Source: Octopus sinensis (taxonomy: Eukaryota). Taken from it: a stretch of 64,000 nt of DNA. The stretch is from NCBI RefSeq assembly GCF_006345805.1, contig NC_043001.1, positions 122,636,001 through 122,700,000 of the forward strand, read 5' to 3'. Every line of letters starts with the position of its first letter. The first letter of the stretch is position 1. The position numbers and the translations under genes are program-made. Positions 1-11,601 of this stretch are shown here, in pieces. The notes below the pieces were generated by a model. That model did not search any database and was not told where the DNA came from. It saw only the letters and a list, made by a program, of their open reading frames with translations.

Positions 1-349
1 ATCACGGCATTCCATAACCTGACCCCTAGTAAATATAGAATATCATCGTTTCGCTGGCTTTAACGTTCTGAGATCAAATCCTGCCGAAGTCGACTTTGCC
101 GTTCATCCTTTCGTGGTTGAGGAAAAATGTGCCAGTCGACCCCGGAGGTCGGTGTTATCGACTTACCTCTCGCTCCCTGCCACCAAACCCCAGGCCTTGA
201 AGAAATGATTATTCATAGTTTTTTTTCTCGGTAAGACGTTAACCTTTTGAATGTGAATAAATAAATAAAATAGGCTGTGCGACACCACATGGTTTCGGTT
301 TCAGTCTCACTGCGCGGCAGATGTCTTCTACAATAACCTTGGGTCGACC

Positions 350-441
350 AATGCTGCCTGAGTGAATTTGATACATGTGTGGGACTCGTCGTGTAAATAC
401 ATATATGTATGTGTGTATGTATACATACATACCCCCCCCCC

Positions 442-488
<47 letters not shown>

Positions 489-646
489 ATACATACACAC
501 ATATGTATTTACACGATGAGTCCCACACATGTATCAAATTCACTCAGGCAGCATTATATATATATATATGTGTGTGTGTATACATACACACATATGTATT
601 TACACGATGAGTCCCACACATGTATCAAATTCACTCAGGCAGCATT
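350..646. repeat. Local fold-back of a SINE-D segment around a (TA)n tract (arm 350-430 inverted at 480-556, repeated at 570-646)
   Basis: AATGCTGCCTGAGTGAATTTGATACATGTGTGGGACTC occurs as its reverse complement at ~519-556 and ~609-646. Confidence 0.85.
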
Positions 647-3288
647 ATATATATATATGTGTGTGTATATATATAAATTGTGTTTCCTTCTGGAGCCATG
701 CCAGACTCATAAGGGCCGGTTTCCTGGTTTCAGTGGCGTATAAATTCTCCCATCTGGACGACACCACGGTCTACCCGCAGGATTGCTCATTTTTGCCATG
801 TGAGTGGACTGGAGCAATGTGAAATGAAGTGTTTTGCTCAAGAACACAACGCATCACCCGGTCCAGGAATCGAAACCACACTCTTACGATCAGGAGTCCA
901 ACACCCTAACCACTAAGCGCCGCGCATCCACACACACACACACGTATGTATATATATATATATATACGTATATGTGTGTGTCTGAGTTTAACCCTTTCAC
1001 CACCGATTGACGACTGGTGTTGGTTTGTTTACATCTCCATAACTTAGTGGTACGTTAAAAAGGCCAACAGAATAAGTACATAAGTATCAGACCTACAAAA
1101 GTAGTTACTGGGCCGATCTGTTTGACTAAGCCCTCCAAGGCGGTGCCCCAGCATGACCCATAGCCCGTGACTGAGATAAGCAAAAGATAAAAGATCATTT
1201 GTACAAAACTCTGAGGATTAAGGACGGGGTTTTTTTTTTTATAAATATCCACATTATGTATGTCGGTATGTAGATACGTATGTATTCTCCATGTGGCATT
1301 TTCACTAATTGACCGCATTTTTCAGTCTTTCTCAAAATCCTATCCTTTAGACTTGCTTCATCCATAGCCAAATATGTCGGTTGTTTTGCTAAACGCAGAT
1401 TTTAGTGGTTGAGCGTCACAACACTTAACACAATAGACAGCAAAACCGCTAACCTTACTAAGTCAACATAGAGCAGCGGCAGTGGATGAATATTTCCGGT
1501 TTCAGTACATTTTCCTTCACTCCAGGCAAACTTGATGACATTGTTGTTTTTATTCAGATAATCTTTCGTCGTATTTAGTTTATTTCAATGAAGCATCACT
1601 ATGTATCTTAGATCATAATATCAATGACCTCTTGCCATCTATAAAAGGCTGCCTTCATGAAGGTTGCATATGTTTGGTTTACAGTATTTATTTATTTATT
1701 CACATAATGATTACTTGGGAGGTATGAAGTATTTATATCCACTTTTTCATGTTCTTGTAGATAAACGAATATTTTATTTTTTCTCTTAATTTACCGCCCT
1801 GTCACACAAACTCCATAGTATTACATTTGGCATTTACAAAAATTATTCCCGTTTCTTTTGGCTAAGTGTGTGATAGGATTCAAGAATTCGGTGTCATACG
1901 ATTGGAAGATTAGTTCTGACGTGTGTGTGTGTGTATACATACACACATATGTATTTACACGATGAGTCCCACACATGTATCAAATTCACTCAGGCAGCAT
2001 TATATATATATATATGTGTGTATATATATAAATTGTGTTCCTTCTGGAGCCATGCCAGACTCATAAGGGCCGGTTTCCTGGTTTCAGTGGCGTATAAATT
2101 CTCCCATCTGGACGACACCACGGTCTACCCGCAGGATTGCTCATTTTTGCCATGTGAGTGGACTGGAGCAATGTGAAATGAAGTGTTTTGCTCAAGAACA
2201 CAACGCATCACCCGGTCCAGGAATCGAAACCACACTCTTACGATCGGGAGTCCAACACCCTAACCACTAAGCGCCGCGCATCCACACACACACACACGTA
2301 TGTATATATATATATATATACGTATATGTGTGTGTCTGAGTTTAACCCTTTCACCACCGATGACGACTGGTGTTGGTTTGTTTACATCTCCATAACTTAG
2401 TGGTACGTTAAAAAGGCCAACAGAATAAGTACATAAGTATCAGACCTACAAAAGTAGTTACTGGGCCGATCTGTTTGACTAAGCCCTCCAAGGCGGTGCC
2501 CCAGCATGACCCATAGCCCGTGACTGAGATAAGCAAAAGATAAAAGATCATTTGTACAAAACTCTGAGGATTAAGGACGGGGTTTTTTTTTTTATAAATA
2601 TCCACATTATGTATGTCGGTATGTAGATACGTATGTATTCTCCATGTGGCATTTTCACTAATTGACCGCATTTTTCAGTCTTTCTCAAAATCCTATCCTT
2701 TAGACTTGCTTCATTCCATAGCCAAATATGTCGGTTGTTTTGCTAAACGCAGATTTTAGTGGTTGAGCGTCACAACACTTAACACAATAGACAGCAAAAC
2801 CGCTAACCTTACTAAGTCAACATAGAGCAGCGGCAGTGGATGAATATTTCCGGTTTCAGTACATTTTCCTTCACTCCAGGCAAACTTGATGACATTGTTG
2901 TTTTTATTCAGATAATCTTTCGTCGTATTTAGTTTATTTCAATGAAGCATCACTATGTATCTTAGATCATAATATCAATGACCTCTTGCCATCTATAAAA
3001 GGCTGCCTTCATGAAGGTTGCATATGTTTGGTTTACAGTATTTATTTATTTATTCACATAATGATTACTTGGGAGGTATGAAGTATTTATATCCACTTTT
3101 TCATGTTCTTGTAGATAAACGAATATTTTATTTTTTCTCTTAATTTACCGCCCTGTCACACAAACTCCATAGTATTACATTTGGCATTTACAAAAATTAT
3201 TCCCGTTTCTTTTGGCTAAGTGTGTGATAGGATTCAAGAATTCGGTGTCATACGATTGGAAGATTAGTTCTGACGTGTGTGTGTGTGT
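570..3288. repeat. Near-identical tandem duplication, period ~1353 bp (copy 1 ~570-1925, copy 2 ~1921-3288)
   Basis: Identical ORFs at 1055-1318 and 2408-2671 (offset 1353). Sequence matches line by line apart from a few 1-bp indels and substitutions. Breakpoints lie in (GT)n tracts. Confidence 0.95.
685..930 (-). mobile_element. tRNA-derived SINE family C (also 2038-2285, 31990-32238, 32243-32490, 62990-63167)
   Basis: Minus strand has an A-box-like GCTTAGTGG and B-box GGTTTCGATTCC, then a conserved body TTGAGCAAAACACTTCATTTCAC..CTCCAGTCCACTCA. Recurs in several copies. Confidence 0.85.
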
Positions 3289-3949
3289 ATCCCCGGAATA
3301 TTAATATTTCTAATAAGCTGTTCTTGACAAGAGTGCTGCAATTAATTCGTTCTTGAGATTTTTAGTCAGAACTAGGAGAATGTCATTGATTACGAATTAA
3401 ATTTATTGATTTCGCTACCACCTTTTTGTCTGTCTATCTATCTATCTATCTATCTATCTATATATCACTCACACACATTCACTCACTCACTGACACATAC
3501 ATATTCACTCACACACACACACACACACACACACTCTCACTCACTCACTCACTCACTCACTCACATTCACTCACTCTGTTTGCTGAAGTTGTAAAGAAGA
3601 CCATCGGCTGTTGCTAGATTCATCGTTCCGGATGAGACACAAACATGTCGAAACACCAGTGTTCCAGAATTCAATGCACTAATGAATCTAGTGCGTCATG
3701 ATCACATATTCGCCGTAAAGGAGAAGCTGTTCTGTGACGTGCACAACAGCGATTAGCATATACATGTTTGAATCTGTTGGAGCATATTAATAAATATGCA
3801 AATCGTCATGTATTTACAATATTCATTATGTTCGTCAGTCGGAGCGACGTGGAAAGCATCTAGTCATCTTAGGGTCGAGGTGCGTTTTGTGACTGATCAG
3901 ACCCGGAAGGTTCTCTGGCTGTGCGGACAAGGAATGGTGATAGTAGTTT

Positions 3950-5010
3950 AGGATTTGATAGCGCTCATTTTCCTGGCCTGGCTTCTTTGCTTTGCTGCAG
4001 CAATTCTGTTAGCGTTGCAAACTTGCTTTACTTTGCGGACAACTAATCGTCACTTGCCTCTGCTTTGAGCTATCTGCTTCCATGATGCTGAAAGACCTTA
4101 GTAAAGGTTTTAAGGTATTTTTGAAGCGCTTTTTCTGGACTCCCTGAAAGCGTTTGTTTTGTTAGAGCTTCCATAAAATAGTTTCGCTGGGAGCCGGTAG
4201 TCTGGCATTCGTACTATATGGCCTACCCAGTGAAGCTGTGACTGCATCAGAATGGTGTAGATGCTGGGTGGACAAGCACGATTGACTACCTTAGTGTCTG
4301 GGATTTCTGCCTGGAAGTCTGCTGAGGCAGATAGTGTGGAAGTGCTTCAGTTTCCTTGCCTGACGCTTGTTGACCGTCTATTTTTCGCAGCCATAAAGTA
4401 AAGATGTGAGAACAATGGCTCGATACACCATGGTCTTAATGGCCCAGTGGTTAGGGCAGCGGACTCGCGGTCGTAGGATCGCGGTTTCGATTCCCAGACC
4501 GGGCGTTGTGAGTGTTTATTGAGCGAAAACACCTAAAGCTCCACGAGGCTCCGGCAGGGGATGGTGGTGATCCCTGCTGTACTCTTTCACCACAACTTTC
4601 TCTCACTCCTACTACCTGTTTCTGTTGTACCTGTATTTCAAAGGGCCGGCCTTGTCACTCTCTGTGTCACGCTGAATATCCCCGAGAACTACGTTAAGGG
4701 TACACGTGTCTGTGGAGTGCTCAGCCACATACACGTTAATTTCACGAGTAGGCTGTTCCGTTGATTCGGATCAACCGGAACCCTCGTCGTCGTAACCGAC
4801 GGAGTGCTTCCATGTTTACATCAATCGCTTTAGCGAGTCTAGCATTTAGTTCATCCTCAAAAACATTTGTGGAGAGTGTGCTTCCAAGGTATGTAAATTC
4901 ATTCATTGCATTCTGTTGTTGCCCAATGATGGCAAGTTCAGTGTTAGGCATTACAGGAGTCGATTGATGTATTGCTTCTATCTTCTTTGCACTGATCGCG
5001 AGGCCGAAGT
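3950..5010 (-). mobile_element. Degenerate RTE-clade LINE, C-terminal ORF fragment, interrupted by SINE-B
   Basis: Minus-strand translation gives NEFTYLGSTLS..ELNARLAKA and (after the SINE) IPDT..PSIYTILMQSQLHWVGHIVRMPD-like motifs typical of RTE/BovB 3' regions. Confidence 0.75.
4432..4812 (+). mobile_element. tRNA-derived SINE family B (also 33285-33665, 35500-35832; same head with a different tail at 57539-57850)
   Basis: Head TGGCCCAGTGGTTAGGGCAGCGGACTCGCGGTCGTAGGATCGCGGTTTCGATTCC carries A and B boxes. Body is shared by several copies. Confidence 0.88.
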
Positions 5011-5222
5011 TTTTTTATGAATATTGACTGAGGCTTGCAATATCAATATTGATAATAACGAAATAAAATTACATTAATATAAACCTGTCGCGCCTCTTAA
5101 GAGTTACTAATTCGGTGTCAATTGCATCCTCAGTGACTGACTTATTTTCACTGTCATTAATGACCTAATTAATTTTCATCTTAACAACTAGACAGAGATG
5201 ACAACAGGATTTTGTGTTATAA

Positions 5223-5615
5223 TCTCTCTCTATATAAAGCTGAAGTTATCTGTGTATGACAGGTTTGGTAGCCTTCAACTAATAGTATCTCCTCCGAGAC
5301 CCTGCGGCGCAAGTTGACCAAAATTGAGAGTATGATAGAAGAAGGCTTGTTTTTCATTCCGTAGAAGAGAAAATTCGAATCGGACCATATCAATACCAAA
5401 AATTATTTACATCAAAAAGGTGCTTTTTTTCTATGAAAATCCCAATTTTTTTACGACTTTTTAACTGCTGTATCGCCATTTTTCGGCGTATTTCAACCAG
5501 AAAAAGGTTCACTTAAAGAGAATAACAAGCTACATAATGCAAAATTTTTACTTTTCAAAAATTCCAATTCTAAAGGGTCGAAACAAACCCGAGCAACGCT
5601 GGGCGATATTGCAAG
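5223..5615 (+). mobile_element. Non-autonomous Helitron-like element
   Basis: 5' A|TCTCTCTCTATATAAAG start. 3' hairpin CCCGAGCAACGCTGGG followed ~10 nt later by CAAG|T (CTAG variant). Confidence 0.55.
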
Positions 5616-5914
5616 TAAAGAGTAAAGTTAAAATCAAGGAAAGAATGTTTGGGATATGTTGTTGGTGTTGTCGTTTACCTTCTGTTCCCAGTCGTCTCTG
5701 GTTGAGTAGACATATGACAAAAGATATTTTAGACATGACATGACCAGCCCTTCTTATTTAGTTAGTGTGATCAGAGTGCATTCGGTAAAAGTGTCGCCTG
5801 TGATGGGGATTCTATGAAGTTTAAGGGCACAAACCTTCTAATTGTGACACGCTTGTTCTTTTCTCTCTCCACTTTCTTCTCTCCCAGTTTTTCTAAGCAT
5901 AAACCTAATACACT

Positions 5915-6268
5915 CTTTTACTTATTTCACTCATTTGACTGCGGCCATGCTGAAGCACCGCCTTTACTCGAGCAAATCAACACCAGGACTTGTTCTTTGT
6001 AAGCCTAGTACTTATTCTATCGGTCTCTTTTGCAGAACCGCTAAGTTACGGGGGCGTAAACACAGACCCACAAACACAAACATACACGCGCACGCGCACG
6101 CGCGCACACACACATATACGACGGGCTTTTTTTTCAGTTTCCGTTTACCAAATCCACTCACAAGGCTTTGGTCAGCCTGAGGCTATAATAGAAGACACTT
6201 GCCCAAGGTGCCACGCAGTGGACTGAATCCGGAATCATGTTGCTGGTAAGCAAGCTACTTACCACACA
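5915..6268 (-). mobile_element. SINE family D copy
   Basis: Reverse complement of the family-D head, body, internal microsatellite and tail seen at 19678-20075. Confidence 0.85.
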
Positions 6269-6310
6269 GACTTTCAAAATTCATCTTCGTGTTAGTTATA
6301 ATTTTTACTC

Positions 6311-6392
<82 letters not shown>

Positions 6393-6400
6393 CATACATA

Positions 6401-6632
6401 AAGGCGGCGAGCTGGTAGAAACGTTAGTACACCGGGTGAAATGCGTAGCCGTATTTCGTCTGCCGTTATGTTCTGAGTTCAAATTCCGCCGAGGTCGACT
6501 TCGCCTTTCATCCTTTCGGGGTCGATAAATTAAGTACCAGTTACGCACTGGGGTCGATATAATCGACTTAATCCGTTTGTCTGTCCTTATTTGTCCCCTC
6601 TGTGTTTAACCCCTTGTGGGTAGTAAAGAAAT
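6401..6632 (+). mobile_element. SINE family A monomer (others at 9741-9950, 10253-10455(-), 18312-18507(-), 19230-19452(-), 20520-20753, 32825-33257(-, two), 34249-34481, 55232-55425(-), 58349-58582)
   Basis: Head AGGCGGCGAGCTGGYAGAAACGTTAG, B-box-like GAGTTCAAATTCC and core GCCTTTCATCCTTTCGGGGTCGATAAATTAAGTACCAG. The 34249 copy has TSD GATATGACGAACA. Confidence 0.88.
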
Positions 6633-8245
6633 ATATATATAACCACTCACCATGCGGTTGGAATTAGTTTTTCCTCATTTTAAAGTATGTTCAACCCTTT
6701 GTTACAACACACTGCAAAGATGCTCAGCTGAGTACAGTATAGTAAAATAGTTCCATTTAAGTCGGCTACAGATCATCAGATCAGTGATCAAATGTCGGGT
6801 TGGATGCTTTACAGTATTGCAAGTTCTCTTCTAAAACATTTTGAGCTGAAATTAATAATGAGGGGGTTGAGATAGGGTGAAAGATGAGACTGTCACGTTT
6901 CTGCTGCCTCCTCCCCGGGGTATTATCGAAGTAACTAGAGTGAAATAGCTATATATTTAACGACCAGATTGTTTCTCGTTTCTCGTCTAGTGTTTCTTCA
7001 TAAATATTGTTTCTTGTACATTAGACTTTTCACTCAAAATTATTTCCTTTTTTTATTCAAAAAAAAAATCACCATTTTCATTCCCGCTGTTAATTTTAAA
7101 GTAAATAAATATTGAATTTAATGATAAAACATTTTCATCATTCGCTTAACCCTCATCCTACGGAAATCAGATATAGCCACTCAAAAATTTCATTACCCTT
7201 AACTGCAGAAGCAGCTACCCCTAACTACAGATATCAATCTATCTTTTATTGAGGAAAGTCATGTGTGAAACTAGTCTTTGTTGTAATATATCAAGGTTAC
7301 TGATTTAAAGTAACTTGCAGAAAATACAAATTCTTGTTTTGTTAGATATTTAATATCATTACTGGAATAAGAATGAAATTTAATTTCGCAATTTAATAAT
7401 TGTTAGGGTTTCAGGTCGAAACTAAAATTTTTCATTTTTCATTTTTTTTCTCCTTAAATAAAAATATTTCTTTTAAAACAGCGACGAGCAACCATTGCTT
7501 TCCCGCAAGGAGAGCAAGTTTATCAGAGAGCGCAGACGTCGTAGCTGTAGTCGTCATTTGCTGTTTAGGCGTAGAGTTCATGTTTGGAACTTGCAGTTCG
7601 ACAAACAGATCGATAAAATACGTACCAGGCTTAATAAGTACTGAGGTTGCTATGATCGACTAAAACTTTGAAGACGGTGCTCCAGTATGACCATTGTTTA
7701 ATGATTGAAACCAGTAAAAGAATAAAAAATAGACACAAATAAAACGTTGGTGCAGCGAATTTTATGCAGGTTCAATGGTGTTATGGTGATCAATTTTTAT
7801 AGAAGTTCTTCTTTGAATATAATCATGGCGTGGGTGTATGGTTAAGAAGTTTGCTTCCCAACCATATGGTCTTGAGTTCAGTCCCATTTCGCGTCAGCTT
7901 GGACAAGTGTTTTCGACTATAGCTCTGGGCCGACCAAAGTCATCTGAGTGGATTCGGGAGGTGTAGCTGTAAAAAAGCCCATCGAATGTGACATGTGTGT
8001 GCTTTTGTGTTTGTGTCTGTCCTCCCAACCACTTGATGACCGCTGCTGGTTTGTTTACGTCCACGTTACTTAGCGGCTCGGCAAAAGAAAACGATACGAT
8101 AAGTACGATAATTAAAAAAAAAATGTAAATACTGCGGTCGATTTGTAAGACTAACACATTTCGAGGCGGTGCTGGGCCACAAAAAAATTTTTGTGAGGCC
8201 TTCATCTAGCCGATGTGGATCTCTTTGTGTATCAATGGTCTAAAT

Positions 8246-9487
8246 CAGTGGTTTTCAGCCATTTTTGCCGATGGACCCCTTTCATTCATATTTTCCTCTA
8301 CTGGATCTCCTTTCGATGTATATATGAAAATATCCAACTGCATTTATATAATTAGATATTATTAGGAATTGAATAAAAAAAACTGTAGAAATATAAGCTA
8401 TTTATCTATATAATTATGTTTGTTGTTTGTTTGTTTGTTCCTTCTCGAGCCACTCTTGGCTCATAAGGGCCGGTTTCCCGGTTTCCTTGGCGTATAGGTT
8501 CCCCACCTGGACGGGACACCGGTCCGTCGCAGGTGGGCTGCAAGATGCAGGAGGAAAGAGTGAGAGAAAGTTGTGGCGAATGAGTCAGCAGAAGTTCGCC
8601 ATTACTTTATGCCGGTGCTTAGGTGTTTCGCTCATAAATACACACATCGCCCGGTCTAAGATTCGAACCCGCGATCTCTCGACCGCGAGTCCGCTGCTCT
8701 AACCACTAGGCCATGTGCCTCCACTATATGATTATAAATAAGAGCAAAAGAAAAAAAATTATGTCAATATGCTGAAAAATAGACTTTATATCGTCCAATC
8801 ACAATATTTTTCACAATAAATGCACAACGTATTTATAGTGAAAAATATTGTATAAAGGTCCATTTTTCAGTATATTGGCATAGAAATTTTGTTTTCTTTT
8901 GCCCTTATTTATGATTGTTCATAATTTTCACCTTAAAAGGTCACCGATTAAAATTTTTTTGAAAAAATTTTATCCTTATATAAAAAAGTCTATCTATATA
9001 GTACAAAAACTGTATTGCTTGCTTGCATTCTTGCTTGCGTGCGTGCTTGTCAGTAATTCAATGCAGCCAAACTGGCGCATAATGGGAAAATACTCTGAAA
9101 GTAAGGTACCCCTAAAATGTGATTACAAACGGAATAAAACCGTAGATTCCTGAGATAATCAGGCTTTTTGTTTTGGTTTGTTTCTACAAATTTAAGCAGC
9201 GAAACCTGGAGTTATTGCCCTTTACTGTGAACACCTTTAAAAATAGCCAAACCAGCACATAATGGGAAATACTTTGAAAGTAAGGTACCATTGAAATGTG
9301 AATACAAACGGAATAAAACAAGTTTCGCGTAAATCGGACCATACGTTCCTAAGATACGCGCTTTTTCGGGTACCTTGAACTATTGGTGACCCAACGGGTC
9401 ACAAGTAGTCTAGATGCTCATAAATTCTAACAGTAAAATCTCATATGGAATCCTAAGGGTCACATGGACTCTGGATGAGAACCACTG
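8246..9487. mobile_element. Non-autonomous hAT (Charlie-like) DNA transposon with a nested SINE (8440-8725)
   Basis: Ends CAGTGGTTTTCA / TGAGAACCACTG form imperfect TIRs. Exact 8-bp TSD GTCTAAAT at 8238-8245 and 9488-9495. Confidence 0.85.
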
Positions 9488-11463
9488 GTCTAAATAGTGT
9501 TCTCTTTGAAAGTGAGTTTAATTGGGAGAGAGTTTGAATCTATTATCTCCCCTTTCGTCAGTCTCGCGATCGAGTTATTACTATGTTTTCCACGTTCAGC
9601 GTTATTTTATCAATGGCTGGTCAACTCGATTGGTTAGTAGTTGAAAACCAGGATCTCTTACTCTACCTATTATAACATCATTGAGAAATTGAACTCAGTA
9701 ATGCAAGCTAATAAAACACTTGTCAATTATACAGTGCAGTAAGGCGGCGAGCTGGCAGAATCGTTAGCACGTCGGGCAAAATGCTTAGCGGCATTTCGTC
9801 CTTCTTCATGTTCGAGTTCAAATTCCACCGAGGTTGACTTTGCCTTTAATCCTTTCGGAGTCAATAAAATATGTTCCAGTTGAGCACTGTGGTCGATGTA
9901 AACGACTTATCTTCTCAGCCGAATTAGCTGGCCTTATGCCAAAATTTGAAATCTGTTACACAGTCCGGTAAAAATCAGAGTTTATTGAGAGGATAAATGC
10001 TGAGAGACAATTCTTTTGGTTTTATGTTCTGAGTTCAAATCACGCCGAAGTTAACTTTGCTTTTCGTCTTTCGAGATTGATAAAATAAGTACTTATCTCT
10101 TCCCCTAAACTAACTGGTCCTGTGAAAACTTTCTAAGAATTACACAGTGCTGTTCTGCGGGATCTCTCAAATTACTGAACATAGCTGCCAAATTCCCTCA
10201 AATTACATACAGCCATTTAAGGAAAAAAAAAAGAACGTACAGGGCAATATTAGTTTCAAATTTTAGCACAAGGCCAGTAATATCGAGGAGTAAGTCGATT
10301 ACATAGATCCCAGTGCTCAACTGGTACTTATTTTATCGAACTCGAAAGGATGAAAAGTCGGCCTCGACGGGATTTGAACTCAGAGCATAAAGACGGACGA
10401 AATGCCGCTAAGCATTTTGTCCGGCACGCTAACTGTTCTGTCAGCTCGCCGACTTAGCATATTGAATGATATTAGTCGCTGATAAAGGAAAATACCGAGT
10501 ATAACTTGAATGTCATCAGAGTTTATTGAGAGGATAAACAATAATGGCGTGTTGTTTCTACTCAATGGTGCCTATTTCATCTAGGTGAACTGGACTCTTT
10601 GAGGACTCACTGACACAACTTTTCACCGACACAACTGTGACACGATATTAACTGCTGACATTTAGTCTGGTTACCTAATATCCTATCAACTCAGCTCTCT
10701 GCACTTGTCTTACCACCGTAGTTTCAGAAATAGGCCTATCAGATGTCACACTTGGAAAAAAAAAAAAGAACTGATGGAAAAAATCAAAGCCATTGTAGAC
10801 ACTACGTCTGATTATGTAATATCCCGTCAACCCAGCCGTCTGCACTTGTTTTGCCACTGCAGCTTCAGAAATAGGCCAATGTGATATGTCACATTACGAA
10901 AAAATATCTGTGAATGGAAATATCAAATCCAACAGAGATATTTTGCTTAGTGGTTCCAAAACTAAATATAGTCATTAATTCTTAGATTAGCATTGAAAAA
11001 CTTAAGCGGTGGTGAGAAAGCATGTAAAATCAATGGAGTTAGCTCTGAAGGTGGAAACTATTTATCAGAAATTTCTCTTATCTTTTACTTCAGAAATTTT
11101 TAATTCATGGAGGTTAGATACATAGATAGATAGATTGATAGATGGATAGAAGGTGGGTAGATTGGTAGGTGGATCGACGGTTAGACAGATGGGTAGCTAC
11201 ATAGCCAGAACCTACATGTGGCATGTAATCTGTGGATAGCCTTGTTACTAGTTTAATCACATAAGCACTTGGACAGTGACTATGCTGAGGCTAATGTGAA
11301 GCACTCCTAGGGTTTTAATCGAACAAATCGGCCTCACGACTTACTTTTTCGAAGTCTGGCACCTGTTCTATCAGTCTCTTGGGCCGAAACGCTAAGTCAT
11401 GAGAACGTAAACAAACCAAAGCAGGTTCAAGTGGTGTGGGACAAACAAAAGAAAAAGCACAAG

Positions 11464-11513
<50 letters not shown>

Positions 11514-11601
11514 ACTCGTTTTATAATATATATATATATATATATATATGACTGACTCGTTTTATATATATATATATATTATATATATATATATATATAT
11601 A

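Noticed and set aside
3621-3670. Hammerhead-like CGGATGA-GACA..TGTC-GAAA-CAC..GTG-TT
   Set aside because: Core is altered and there is no convincing stem I. May be a relic but is too weak to call.
4432-4510. tRNA genes at SINE heads
   Set aside because: They run into SINE bodies, lack a clean acceptor stem and poly-T terminator, and are multi-copy and diverged.
9061-9320. 78-bp direct repeat pair
   Set aside because: Internal to the hAT MITE. Ordinary internal duplication.
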